Below the pieces are notes generated by a model. It searched no databases. It was not told the origin of the DNA and was given only the letters and a program-made list of their open reading frames with translations. A stretch of DNA of 64,000 bases. Origin: Patescibacteria group bacterium. GTDB lineage: Bacteria; Patescibacteriota; Minisyncoccia; 2-02-FULL-40-12; GWA2-44-9. Shown here one piece after another: positions 27,715-36,672 of this stretch (position 1 is the first letter of the stretch; every line of letters starts with the position of its first letter). Where the stretch lies: the NCBI GenBank assembly GCA_038065515.1, contig JBBTQV010000016.1:5462-69461 (forward strand), given 5' to 3'. A program made the position numbers and the translations under genes.

Positions 27715-28239
27715 ATGGGCATTTTCAGTGTGTTCAGCGGTATCAGCCGCGACAACCTGGCCGAGAAGCTCGGGTTGCTGGGTCAAGACCTAGATCGTCG
27801 CATCGACGCCAAGGCCGAAGAGTTTGAAGCCGAGAACGGTCCGAATCCTCTGGCAATCCTAGCCGCCATTAGCCAGGTCGAGTCGGAATTACTGGAGGAG
27901 CACTACACCGGCACGAACATCAAGCAGCTTCACCAGAAGTGGATAGTCATCATGGAGACCATGTACTTCAAGAGGGTCGCGGTGATCAAGGACGATCCGT
28001 CCGTCTTCTTGCACTTCTCCGTGAAGGATGGCATCAGGAAGTTCATCAAAGATCGGTACCGCGAACTAAGCGCAACGGTGGAGTACTCGATGCTCCCCAT
28101 GCTGGCGCTCGTCGATCGGGCCATGCTGGAATGTATGGCCAGCGGAGCACCAAAGGGACAAGACTTTGGCGCTTGGGTCCGTGAGGTCTGCCACTCGGGA
28201 TACAAAGCAAAGGAGGAAGTCCTCAATCATCGTCTCTGA
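27715..28239 (+). CDS. Hypothetical protein
   Basis: 174-aa ORF with promoter, SD and a downstream hairpin (AACGCCCCGG..CCGGGGCGTT). Confidence 0.7.
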   Translation: MGIFSVFSGISRDNLAEKLGLLGQDLDRRIDAKAEEFEAENGPNPLAILAAISQVESELLEEHYTGTNIKQLHQKWIVIMETMYFKRVAVIKDDPSVFLHFSVKDGIRKFIKDRYRELSATVEYSMLPMLALVDRAMLECMASGAPKGQDFGAWVREVCHSGYKAKEEVLNHRL

Positions 28240-28284
28240 ATCTGTCGCGCAACGCCCCGGGGTTTCCGGGGCGTTCTTATTCAT

Positions 28285-28656
28285 CTACTTCTGTGCGACT
28301 TGTCCCGCTAATTTCTTGCCCTCTTCTTCAGGGTCAGCCTCGTCTTCCTCAATCAGAAAAGCTTCTGCTTTATCGTCCTCAATAAGCTCATCCTCTACGG
28401 CATTCATTTCATCCACAATACCGGTTGCCATCGTGACAGTAGCTGCGGCAATATCTTTCTCGGCTTCGGCGATGCGGGCATCCAGTCCGAAACTTTCGAG
28501 CTTCTGCGAGTCCTCGTCGATGCCGGCTGATAGGCCACCGAGTGCGGCCTCATAAAGCGCCAGCTTCTCGCGCAGTTCGTCAGCAAGCTGTTCCAACCCC
28601 CGAATTGCTTTTGCGTCCCGCTTTGTCATGACTTGTTGTGAGTGTATAGCGGTCAT
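28285..28656 (-). CDS. Acidic helical hypothetical protein
   Basis: 123-aa ORF coupled to the upstream stop (TAATG). Confidence 0.65.
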   Translation of the reverse strand: MTAIHSQQVMTKRDAKAIRGLEQLADELREKLALYEAALGGLSAGIDEDSQKLESFGLDARIAEAEKDIAAATVTMATGIVDEMNAVEDELIEDDKAEAFLIEEDEADPEEEGKKLAGQVAQK

Positions 28657-31121
28657 TATTTATTTACTTTAGCTGCAAAGAGGTCTCTGCTTGCCTTAAA
28701 CTTCTTCATCGTGTTCGGTGATAGCCGGAGCTGTTGGTATTTCTGCGTCAGGTCCAATAGCTGCTGCCGTGTCGGAATGCCATCCTGATGCAACCGGGCC
28801 TGCTCGGATGCGACGAACGCAACAAACTCGTCCGGTTTTTCAATCACAAGCTCCACATTGTACGCATTCCATCGCTTCACAAAGTCAGCCGGTTGCCATT
28901 CTTCTGCCATGCGTTGCTCCCTATTGGGCCCCTCGGTCACCGTGGATTGCTCCGGACCCGCTGTCGTTGCAATGCCCGCCTGCGGCGGTGCTTCAACGGT
29001 TGTGCGTTTCGGCCGTGTCAGACCTGCCGCCTCGGGGAATTTCATGCGCTGCGCGATGGTCTTCTGCTTCAGCTCCCATGTATCTATCCCCGCCTGTGCG
29101 CGCGCCAGCGGAGCCCGTGCTTTCGCTACACTCTTATCGGCTTGCGCCTCAAGCCGTTCAAGACTTTTGACCTCCTGCTCAATTTCTTTGATAGCCCGCC
29201 GGGCACGGGAAGACATGAACATCGAACTTCGTTTTCCCGCATCTGCCTTTGCAACTGCGAGCTTCTTAAGCGCATCCTGACGCAACGCCGAAAGATTCTT
29301 CCGAACATCCATTGCTGCGGCTTCTTTGCTTTTCAACACCGTAGCCAACTCCCGGTACGGTTCCAGCTCGCGTTCGTAGCGTTCGGATACCTGCCGTTGT
29401 AAATCATTATGTTTCTCCTGCCAGCGATGTCGGACCGATTCATATTTGTCGACACGGGATTCGCATGTATTCGCATGTTTTTGCCATGCCCGGACCCGAT
29501 TCGCATAAAACAATTTCATAGGCCATCCGGCGTCCTGGGCTGTTGCTTCCCAGTTCGATAACTTGTTGTTCGCCCGATTCAATAGTCCTTGTGTGCGGAC
29601 CTGTTGCATCATGCGCACCTCTGCCATCTGCCGGTGGAATACCGATTCCAAACGCGGGGCAAGTGTATCAAGCCATGGCTTTGTCCCGCTCTTTTCGACC
29701 GCCCAGTCCAGTGCTCCGCGCACATAATCAAACGGGCTGATGTATTCGTGAAGAGGTTTTTGTTCCGGTGCTTCTTTTTCTTTTTGTGCGGGCCGCTCGA
29801 CTGGTTCAGGTGCGGGTGGTTGGGGTTCCTTCAGTTCACTTATTTTCGCTTCTGCCGCTTCGCGCGCCACTTGTATCTCGGGAGACAGCGGTACATTTAC
29901 CCTCTCGGAACCGACTTCTTTTTTCCCCGGTACTTCCGATGGGCCCCGTTCTTGCCGTAAAATATTCAGTGATTCATCGGGTGATGGTGCTACGACTTCC
30001 GGTGAGACCGACAGGGAAGCAGCTTCTTGCTCAAGAAGATTCCTGACCTTTTCCCGCAAGCCGCCGGCCGGAGTTATGTATTGAAGCATTTCCTGAACTG
30101 CCAAAAGATTTCCTTTTTCTTTGCGGAATGTGTCGCGGATGTCTGTGATGTTTCCGATCAGTTCGTCGGCTTTGTAAGGCTTACCGGTAGTGCCGATGAC
30201 TTCCCCTGCCGTGATGAGTAATTCGCGCAACTGATCAAATGACTGCGCTACTGAAAAGTCTGGGCCCTTCTCAATCTTTCCCCTAGGCACTTCAACCAGT
30301 TCGGGTTTTGGTTCCTCTATCGTTTCCATCCGCGGGGGGCGGCCCTCCGCATTGACCTCCAATACACGGGCGCTTACCTTGCCCTCGGTAACGACATCAC
30401 CAACCCGCGAACCAGTCGGATGCTCTGGTTCATTTTTCTCGCCAAATTGGAACCACTTATTTTGTGCTTCTACGGCAATGGCCTGGGCTGATTTTGCCTC
30501 GGGACTGTCCATGCCAAGTCTCCTTTCAATTTCGTACAGCTTTTGAAAAGCTTTCTTGCGTATATCATTCAGACGATCCTTTTCTGGTTCTTCCCTAGCC
30601 TCCTTCTCCTCAAGAGCATCACTGTATTGTTGTGTTAACTTTGTGAGCCGTCGAACTTCTTGCGGTTTCTTTTCGGCTTCGGCGCGTTTCAAGGCCGCCT
30701 CCGCGCTTTCATATTCTTCTTCAATTGAACCGAGCGTTTTCTTTTCACCCGAAAATTCGGCTGCCTTTGCTTTCAGGCCCCTCTCATACGCTATGCGGGC
30801 TTCTTCTATCTCGTTCTTTGCCGTTTCTTTTGCGGCTACATCCGGTGATGGCGTTGCATCAACACGATGCTTGGCGTCTTCGGCTTTCGATTCGACGCTC
30901 CGGTCAATCTGTTCGGGAGTGGACGGCTGTTCTCCGAATTCCTTCCATGATGCTTCTTCCCGTATACGCCATTGCTCTTCACTTTGTCGCGCCTCCTCCA
31001 TATCTTCTTTGTGAGACGACTCTTCCATTGCCGCAAGCCGCACTACCGGACGCGACATGCGGTACGGCGGATGCGGGATTTCAAGTTCTTCGAGAATATT
31101 GTTGGTCATGTTATTATGCAC
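28656..31121 (-). CDS. Large charged coiled-coil hypothetical protein
   Basis: 821-aa ORF with an E/K/P-rich N-half and a basic coiled-coil C-half. Confidence 0.75.
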   Translation of the reverse strand: MHNNMTNNILEELEIPHPPYRMSRPVVRLAAMEESSHKEDMEEARQSEEQWRIREEASWKEFGEQPSTPEQIDRSVESKAEDAKHRVDATPSPDVAAKETAKNEIEEARIAYERGLKAKAAEFSGEKKTLGSIEEEYESAEAALKRAEAEKKPQEVRRLTKLTQQYSDALEEKEAREEPEKDRLNDIRKKAFQKLYEIERRLGMDSPEAKSAQAIAVEAQNKWFQFGEKNEPEHPTGSRVGDVVTEGKVSARVLEVNAEGRPPRMETIEEPKPELVEVPRGKIEKGPDFSVAQSFDQLRELLITAGEVIGTTGKPYKADELIGNITDIRDTFRKEKGNLLAVQEMLQYITPAGGLREKVRNLLEQEAASLSVSPEVVAPSPDESLNILRQERGPSEVPGKKEVGSERVNVPLSPEIQVAREAAEAKISELKEPQPPAPEPVERPAQKEKEAPEQKPLHEYISPFDYVRGALDWAVEKSGTKPWLDTLAPRLESVFHRQMAEVRMMQQVRTQGLLNRANNKLSNWEATAQDAGWPMKLFYANRVRAWQKHANTCESRVDKYESVRHRWQEKHNDLQRQVSERYERELEPYRELATVLKSKEAAAMDVRKNLSALRQDALKKLAVAKADAGKRSSMFMSSRARRAIKEIEQEVKSLERLEAQADKSVAKARAPLARAQAGIDTWELKQKTIAQRMKFPEAAGLTRPKRTTVEAPPQAGIATTAGPEQSTVTEGPNREQRMAEEWQPADFVKRWNAYNVELVIEKPDEFVAFVASEQARLHQDGIPTRQQLLDLTQKYQQLRLSPNTMKKFKASRDLFAAKVNK

Positions 31122-31386
31122 CGATGCTCGCTTTGATGCGTTCTATTTCTTCCTGTGCACCTGCGGCCTGTTGTGACTTTGCCTGTGCAAGATAATCGAC
31201 AACAATAGCGTCCATTTTGTCGATGGCCAGCTTCGCAAGGCGCTTGCGCTCTTCCAGTGATACCTCCATCGCTGCGCTTCCGGTAACCGCCGGTTTCTGC
31301 GTTAGTTCGTCAAGTTTCGCCAAAATATCGGCGCCCAATGCTTGGGCTTGCGCGCCCACATCCTGAACTGCCGGTTCGTCTGGCAT
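31114..31386 (-). CDS. Small helical hypothetical protein
   Basis: 90-aa ORF with TATACT just upstream of the ATG; overlaps the next gene. Confidence 0.65.
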   Translation of the reverse strand: MPDEPAVQDVGAQAQALGADILAKLDELTQKPAVTGSAAMEVSLEERKRLAKLAIDKMDAIVVDYLAQAKSQQAAGAQEEIERIKASIGA

Positions 31387-31439
31387 ATGGATACAGTATA
31401 CCCCGCTCTTGTGGCGGGGTCGCGTACCAACTGTGGATA

Positions 31440-32114
31440 CTATTTTAGCCGGAATGCCCCGGCAAGGGTCGCCAGTAAGCCTTTCTTCGCGGATTGAGCC
31501 GGTCCTTTTTGCATCTGCACAATCGCCACATGCGCTACGGCGGGAGCATGCTCCGTGGCATGCGACACCGCCGCCAGCACAGCGGAGCCGACCCGCGCCA
31601 GCCGTTCGTCTTCGACGCGCTGCACGAGCGATGAAAGCGTCGCGATTCGCGTTCGCATATCGCGGCGTTGGTCTATGGTTAGCATGTGTTGGACGGAGGC
31701 ATACGAAACTTTTACGCGATGATGGAGGTCACGGACAGCCGAAAGGTCAATCTGCTGCATTGTGGCCGGATATTCGGTGCGCAGCTTATTGATCAATCCC
31801 ATCAGCGCACGCCGCTCCTTTGATTGGGCCGGTGCCTCTGCCTGTTCATCCAGTTCCTGAAGCTTCTCCTGTGCGGCATCCAAACCATCATGAAGCATCT
31901 GAAGCTTTGCCTTCGTCAATTTGTTCTTCAGCGCAAACTCGAATGCCGATTCAAGAGACACGACATCCGCCAGAATATGCCGGACCTGTTCGTCATAAAG
32001 CTCCAACGGAATCAGAATGCGCGGCTCTTCAGGCGTTTTGACCGTTTGCCATTCAGCTTTCAGCGCTCGTATCTTCCGCTCGATTTCCGATTCGATATGT
32101 TCCGGGCTCGTCAT
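31440..32114 (-). CDS. Helical hypothetical protein
   Basis: 224-aa ORF with TATAAT just upstream of the ATG. Confidence 0.7.
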   Translation of the reverse strand: MTSPEHIESEIERKIRALKAEWQTVKTPEEPRILIPLELYDEQVRHILADVVSLESAFEFALKNKLTKAKLQMLHDGLDAAQEKLQELDEQAEAPAQSKERRALMGLINKLRTEYPATMQQIDLSAVRDLHHRVKVSYASVQHMLTIDQRRDMRTRIATLSSLVQRVEDERLARVGSAVLAAVSHATEHAPAVAHVAIVQMQKGPAQSAKKGLLATLAGAFRLK

Positions 32115-32129
32115 GATGCTTTCATTATA

Positions 32130-32576
32130 CTACAGCTCAAGTTTCGGGGAATCTTGTCGGTCAAGCGCTTCGTTGACCATGGCATCGGCGTCCTTGTTGT
32201 GCTCGCGGCGGACATGCGTGAACGAAATTTTGGCAAAATCCTGCCGCGCGTTGTACAAATCAACGAATAATTTCTTGAGTCCGGCATCGCGGACTTTGTA
32301 TTCCCCGTTCACCTGACGCACAAGCAATTCGCTGTCTGCCATCACGCGCACATGCGCCGCGCGGGCGCGTTCGGCTCCGATGAGCGTTTTCAGTTTGTTC
32401 AGCGCAAGAATCGCCGCGGAGTACTCGGCAACATTGTTGGTCTGCACCCCTAGGTAGTGTCCTTGCTCGGTCCGGCGGATATCCGGACCTTCAATAACAT
32501 ACCCCGCCGCAGCAGGACCGGGATTTCCACGGGACCCGCCGTCGGTGTATACGGTGTACACAGATATGCTACTCAT
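32130..32576 (-). CDS. rnhA: Ribonuclease HI family protein
   Basis: YTDGGSRGNPG, TNNVAEY, DSELLVRQ and HVRREHN..AD motifs. Confidence 0.9.
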   Translation of the reverse strand: MSSISVYTVYTDGGSRGNPGPAAAGYVIEGPDIRRTEQGHYLGVQTNNVAEYSAAILALNKLKTLIGAERARAAHVRVMADSELLVRQVNGEYKVRDAGLKKLFVDLYNARQDFAKISFTHVRREHNKDADAMVNEALDRQDSPKLEL

Positions 32577-33165
32577 ATTTCCGGTCCATGAGCTTCTTGA
32601 AGATTTCGTAGGTCGCACGCGCATCCACAAGCGCATCGTGCCACTGCTGGTTCTTGAGATGAAAATATCTTACTACTTCACGCATACGAAATCCGTCCAT
32701 ATGTGAACGGTACAAGTCGCTGAAAATCATACTCTGCACATCCAGTACCTGCCAATGATACGAGGGCTCGATGCCCACCTGATGAAATGATTTCTTGAGC
32801 TGAAAGAAATCACCGACAACATTATACCCGATGAGTACCGCGCCGCTGACGAATGCATCGAACCGCATCAGCGCCTCTTTCAGCGGTATGGCGTCTTTCC
32901 ATTTGCGCGCAGAATAACCAATGAGCTCCAGTGCTTTGCGGTCACCGTTCTCCATGTGTCGCGGTTTTACCCGCGTCTGCCATTCGCCGATAATTTCAAA
33001 TTTTGGCTGGTTCACCAACACAACACCGATTTGCAGTATCTCGTTGATAGCAGACAGTCCGGAAAATTCCAAGTCGACGAACGCTAGCGGCCGCTCCTTG
33101 ATACGCGTATCCGATACATACCGCAACGGCATCTTTTCTTTTGGTTTTTTTACTTTATGCTCCAT
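32569..33165 (-). CDS. DEDDh 3'-5' exonuclease (DnaQ-like)
   Basis: VDLEFSGL, GYNV..D and HDALVDA motifs. Confidence 0.88.
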   Translation of the reverse strand: MEHKVKKPKEKMPLRYVSDTRIKERPLAFVDLEFSGLSAINEILQIGVVLVNQPKFEIIGEWQTRVKPRHMENGDRKALELIGYSARKWKDAIPLKEALMRFDAFVSGAVLIGYNVVGDFFQLKKSFHQVGIEPSYHWQVLDVQSMIFSDLYRSHMDGFRMREVVRYFHLKNQQWHDALVDARATYEIFKKLMDRKYE

Positions 33166-33168
33166 GTT

Positions 33169-34164
33169 TCATGCTTCATCGTAATACCCAAGTACTTTGA
33201 GCCCTGGTAGCTGTGTGCCCGCAAGAAATGCGAGCATCGCTCCCCCGCCGGTGGAAACAAATGTAAACTTCTCCAGCAGTCCGAGAACATCAACCGCAGA
33301 AATGGTATCACCGCCCCCGATAATCGACAATGCGCCGCTTGCGGCGATGGCACGGGCGATCGCTTCGGTTCCGGCCATGAATCGCGCATCCTCAAAACGC
33401 CCCATGGGCCCGTTCCAAATAATGAGCTTCGCTCCTTCCGCGAGCACCGTAAATGCCCGCGTCGTCTCGGGCCCGATGTCCCGTGCGTGGCCATCGTCCA
33501 TGATAAAATCCGTCGGCAAGTGCAGTCGTGAGTCTTGCGTATTGATATTTGTCATCCCTGCGAGAATCTCATTGGCAGCCACACCGCCGACGGCAACATG
33601 CTCTGCTCGTACGATAAGATGTTCGATGACCGGTATCTTCGTGCTCGCCTTGGCACCGCCGATGTAGACTACTTTCCCCTGCGCGGGTGCATTAATGGCT
33701 TTCACAAGCTGTCGGGTTTCTTCCTGTATCAGCAAGCCGGCATACGCGGGCAAGAGTTTTGCCGCCGCAACAACCGATGCATGCTCGCGATGGCACACCG
33801 CGAACGCACTATTTACATAGAGGTCGCATCCCGCGACCAGCTCGCGTGCAAACGATTCGTCGTTGGTTTCTTCTCCGGGATGCTGGCGCGTGTTCTCCAA
33901 CAGCACTACCTCATCCCCGAATGTAACGCCAAGCAATTGCTCCAATTGCGGTTTGAGCGGTTCAAAACTTGGCACCGCGGAGATGTGTGCCGCCAACACT
34001 ACATGCGCGCCGCGCGAAAGCAGATAGTCCAGCGTTGGCTTCTGCCGCACGATGCGATAGCGTTCGGCAATCGTGCCATCAGTATTCACAGGTACATCAA
34101 AATCCGCGCGCAGAAATACTTTCTTGCCGCGTATATTCCCTGCTTGGTCGAGTGTACGCATCAT
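33169..34164 (-). CDS. pgk: Phosphoglycerate kinase (shortened, 331 aa)
   Basis: GKKVFLRADFDVP, LLENTR, AFAVCHR.HAS, GGAK..TKI, WNGPMG.FE, GGGDT and STGGGA motifs. Confidence 0.93.
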   Translation of the reverse strand: MMRTLDQAGNIRGKKVFLRADFDVPVNTDGTIAERYRIVRQKPTLDYLLSRGAHVVLAAHISAVPSFEPLKPQLEQLLGVTFGDEVVLLENTRQHPGEETNDESFARELVAGCDLYVNSAFAVCHREHASVVAAAKLLPAYAGLLIQEETRQLVKAINAPAQGKVVYIGGAKASTKIPVIEHLIVRAEHVAVGGVAANEILAGMTNINTQDSRLHLPTDFIMDDGHARDIGPETTRAFTVLAEGAKLIIWNGPMGRFEDARFMAGTEAIARAIAASGALSIIGGGDTISAVDVLGLLEKFTFVSTGGGAMLAFLAGTQLPGLKVLGYYDEA

Positions 34165-35123
34165 ATGCTCTCTCGAATATTATAGGTATTTCCGTGTCCC
34201 AACAACCCCCGATATGACTGCCTTGTTGCTTCTACCGGACATTCCCGCAACCGTCTGAACATCCGGCGCTTTGTATTCATCCGCAGTACTCGGTGATCCG
34301 GGAAGTGCGCCCAGCCCAGGAAGTCGATGCCGGAAGCTAGAGTGCGGAGAGAAACCTTGTGTGGATGCAAATCGAGATGAAGTTTTTCCTGCAGAAAGTC
34401 GCCGATACGAGACAGGAGTTCCTGCAAATAAGACTTGTCGCCGTGCAGAATTGCAAAGTCGTCCGCGTAGCGGATGTAGTGTTTCACTTTGAGCGCGTGT
34501 TTCACCCACTGATCAAACTCGTTCATATAGATATTCACCATGAGCTGTGATGTCAGGTTGCCGAGAGGGAGGCCCGGGAAGAAGCTGGAAATAATGCGGG
34601 ACAGAAGCCAGAGGGTATCGGAGTCAGGAATGTGTTTAGCTATGATGTCGTTCAGAATGTCGTGGTCTATACTGGCAAAAAACTTGCGGATGTCGCACTG
34701 TAGCACCCAGCAGGTGCGGGTATGATTCTGGGAGACCCGGTACCCAAAGGCGCGAAACCGGTTTAGTGCACGATGCGTGCCTTTGCCCAGCTGACAGGAG
34801 AAGGAGTCGGCAATGAATTTCCTGCTGAAATAGTGACACAGCACCCGATGCACGGCGTGGTGCAGAAGGCGGTCCCGCACACTTGCTTTGTGGATACTCC
34901 GTGGCTTTGGGTCAGAAATGTTAAATGCTTCGTATGGTGAGTGGTGATATGTTTTTGCAATCAGATCGTTATGGAGCATAACAACATTATCCATTAGGTT
35001 GTGCTCAAAATCCTGCACATCTCTACGGGCCCGCTTGCCGCCCAAAAACTCCTTCCATGCTCCAAGGAGATTTTCCAAAGAAATGATATGCTGAAAGCCC
35101 TCATCAAGCTGAATATGACTCAT
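34161..35123 (-). CDS. DGR reverse transcriptase (RT1)
   Basis: DPKPR.IHKA.VRDRLLHHA, CDIRKFFASIDH, GLPLGNLTSQ, YIRYADDF and GIDFLG motifs; no maturase or endonuclease tail. Alternative start ATG 35150. The stop overlaps the pgk ATG. Confidence 0.93.
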   Translation of the reverse strand: MSHIQLDEGFQHIISLENLLGAWKEFLGGKRARRDVQDFEHNLMDNVVMLHNDLIAKTYHHSPYEAFNISDPKPRSIHKASVRDRLLHHAVHRVLCHYFSRKFIADSFSCQLGKGTHRALNRFRAFGYRVSQNHTRTCWVLQCDIRKFFASIDHDILNDIIAKHIPDSDTLWLLSRIISSFFPGLPLGNLTSQLMVNIYMNEFDQWVKHALKVKHYIRYADDFAILHGDKSYLQELLSRIGDFLQEKLHLDLHPHKVSLRTLASGIDFLGWAHFPDHRVLRMNTKRRMFRRLRECPVEATRQSYRGLLGHGNTYNIRESI

Positions 35124-35508
35124 TCGCCCAATAATACCCCCCCGGCTCATTCCACTACTCCAAAGCGCAAAAAGCGCTTACGGACTTTGGTATAGCTATC
35201 TTCAGACACTCCCGAAAACCCATCGGCACTCCCTGGGCGTGAGGGTTGATGCGTTATTTATTGAAATCATTGAGACACTCGCAGTCGCGAGTTTTCTGGT
35301 GCGTGAAGAAAAAATCCCTTATGTGCGTATTGCTATCAGAAAAACGGATACCCTCAAAATACTACTGATGGTGCTCTGGGAAACAAAATCACTCGACGAT
35401 AAAAAGTACATCGCACTATCGCTCAAGATAGACGAGATTGGCAGGATGCTTGGCGGATGGAGCGGTCAACTTCAAAAACAAAACTCCCCCACGAAGGGAG
35501 AGAAATGA
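35115..35508 (+). CDS. avd: Avd-like four-helix accessory protein of DGR1 (antisense to RT and TR; +1 frameshift at C7)
   Basis: ORF 35239..35508 ends EIGRMLGGW. The frame extends upstream as PRLIPLLQSAKSAYGLWYSYLQTLPKTHRHSLG without an ATG. ATG 35115 is one base off frame before C7 (35137-35143). Confidence 0.8.
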
Positions 35509-35515
35509 AGAGAGT

Positions 35516-35650
35516 TGCGCGGGGCCAAGAACACCCACCGATTGTCAGGGTACCAGGCATTGTCGGGCTTACCGTAGTTGCTGTTCAACCACCGGTCACT
35601 GCTGTCGTGTTCGACATTGAACACCTTCAGGTAGTCGTCCGAGTCCGTGT
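35516..35650 (-). repeat. DGR1 template repeat (TR1)
   Basis: 135-bp near copy of 35997-36131 with 16 mismatches, all at T on + (A on the sense strand); rich in AAC/GAC codons. Confidence 0.95.
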
Positions 35651-35868
35651 ATAAAGGATGCCGTCTATGCCACTGTCCCTCGAATGCTCTTGGGACTGTA
35701 TCGTATTCGGCATCATTAATGCCATAACATCCTTTACCAAGTATCTTCATTTTTTGAAGTTTCTGCATATGTCCTCCATCTCAAACCGTAATCGGAGATG
35801 TTCTCAACATACGGATACTGGATTCGGCAGCGGGAAACCGTAATCTCCCACATATTCGCCTAATACCA
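35651..35868 (-). ncRNA. Putative structured 5' leader of the DGR1 template RNA
   Basis: Five sequence blocks collinearly conserved with 39002-39223, and a TG-G-TATACT -10 box at 35874-35882. Confidence 0.65.
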
Positions 35869-35893
35869 AAGTGAGTATACCAGAATAAAGAAA

Positions 35894-35925
35894 GTGGCCG
35901 TACACGCTTTCGCATGCACGGCCAC
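35894..35925 (-). terminator. Hairpin/terminator downstream of the DGR1 target
   Basis: Minus strand GTGGCCGTGCATGC-GAAA-GCGTGTACGGCCAC followed by TTTCTTTATT. Confidence 0.75.
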
Positions 35926-35988
35926 CAGACGGGGCCGAAGGACTAAGGTTCAGAGGTCAGACAGACCAAAGAAACTAAGTGCCGAGGA

Positions 35989-36603
35989 CTAAGTCGTGCG
36001 CGGGGCCAAGAACACCCACCGACCGGCAGGGTACCAGGCATGGCCGGGCTCACCGTAGTAGCTGTACAACCACCGGCCACTGCCGACGTGTTCGACACTG
36101 AACACCTTCAGGTAGCCGCCCGAGTCCGCGAGGGGCTCCATGGCAATCAGGAGCCATTCTCCGGGGGGTTGATCAGGGTACTGCAGACGAAGCTGCGGAC
36201 CGACCTCGGCGGGACAGAGCCGGAGTCCCAACTCCAGAGCACGGGCGTAGATGGTATCGCGGCGAGCGGCCTGGGTGAAGCCCAGATCAGTGCCGGAGAC
36301 GATAACGAGATCGAGCTTGGTCTTCTTGGGGCTCATGCTGTTCTTGGCCAGGATCCGACCGGCGTAGTCGCTGATGCGGAAGCCCGCGGATACCAGCGAT
36401 GCGCGGAGCCCGTCCACGGTCTTGAAGGTACCAAGTGTGATGGTCTTCCAGACCGGGAACTGGGGCCAGGGGTCCTCCTTGCGGAGGAACCGCTTGAAGG
36501 CGGCGAACCACTGGGGACCTTCGGGTCCGGCGAGTTTCTCAAAAAATGCCTTGAACGGTCCGGCCGTCTCGGCCAGAGCGCTTGCGTCGAGCATGATGGA
36601 CAT
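35989..36603 (-). CDS. DGR1 variable target protein (C-terminal VR, probable CLec-like fold)
   Basis: 204 aa with an AAGGAG SD. The last ~45 codons are the VR (…DSGGYLKVFSVEHVGSGRWLYSYYGEPGHAWYPAGRWVFLAPR). Confidence 0.9.
   Translation of the reverse strand: MSIMLDASALAETAGPFKAFFEKLAGPEGPQWFAAFKRFLRKEDPWPQFPVWKTITLGTFKTVDGLRASLVSAGFRISDYAGRILAKNSMSPKKTKLDLVIVSGTDLGFTQAARRDTIYARALELGLRLCPAEVGPQLRLQYPDQPPGEWLLIAMEPLADSGGYLKVFSVEHVGSGRWLYSYYGEPGHAWYPAGRWVFLAPRTT
35997..36131 (-). repeat. DGR1 variable repeat (VR1)
   Basis: Aligns gap-free to TR1. Confidence 0.95.
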
Positions 36604-36672
36604 GGTCGACTCCTTTCAGAAAACGAGGAAAGTGGTTTTTAACGAGCGCAGGGACTGATGTCACCCTGTATT

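Noticed and set aside
33169-34164. pgk as a pseudogene damaged by DGR insertion
   Set aside because: It is short (331 aa), but the N- and C-terminal catalytic motifs are present in one frame. The deletions look internal and consistent with streamlining.
35472-35768. ORFs over the TRs (35472..35768 and 38744..39004, minus strand) as extra target paralogues
   Set aside because: They only reproduce the VR frame in the template repeat. They lack an SD and the N-terminal domain, and they overlap avd or the conserved leader.
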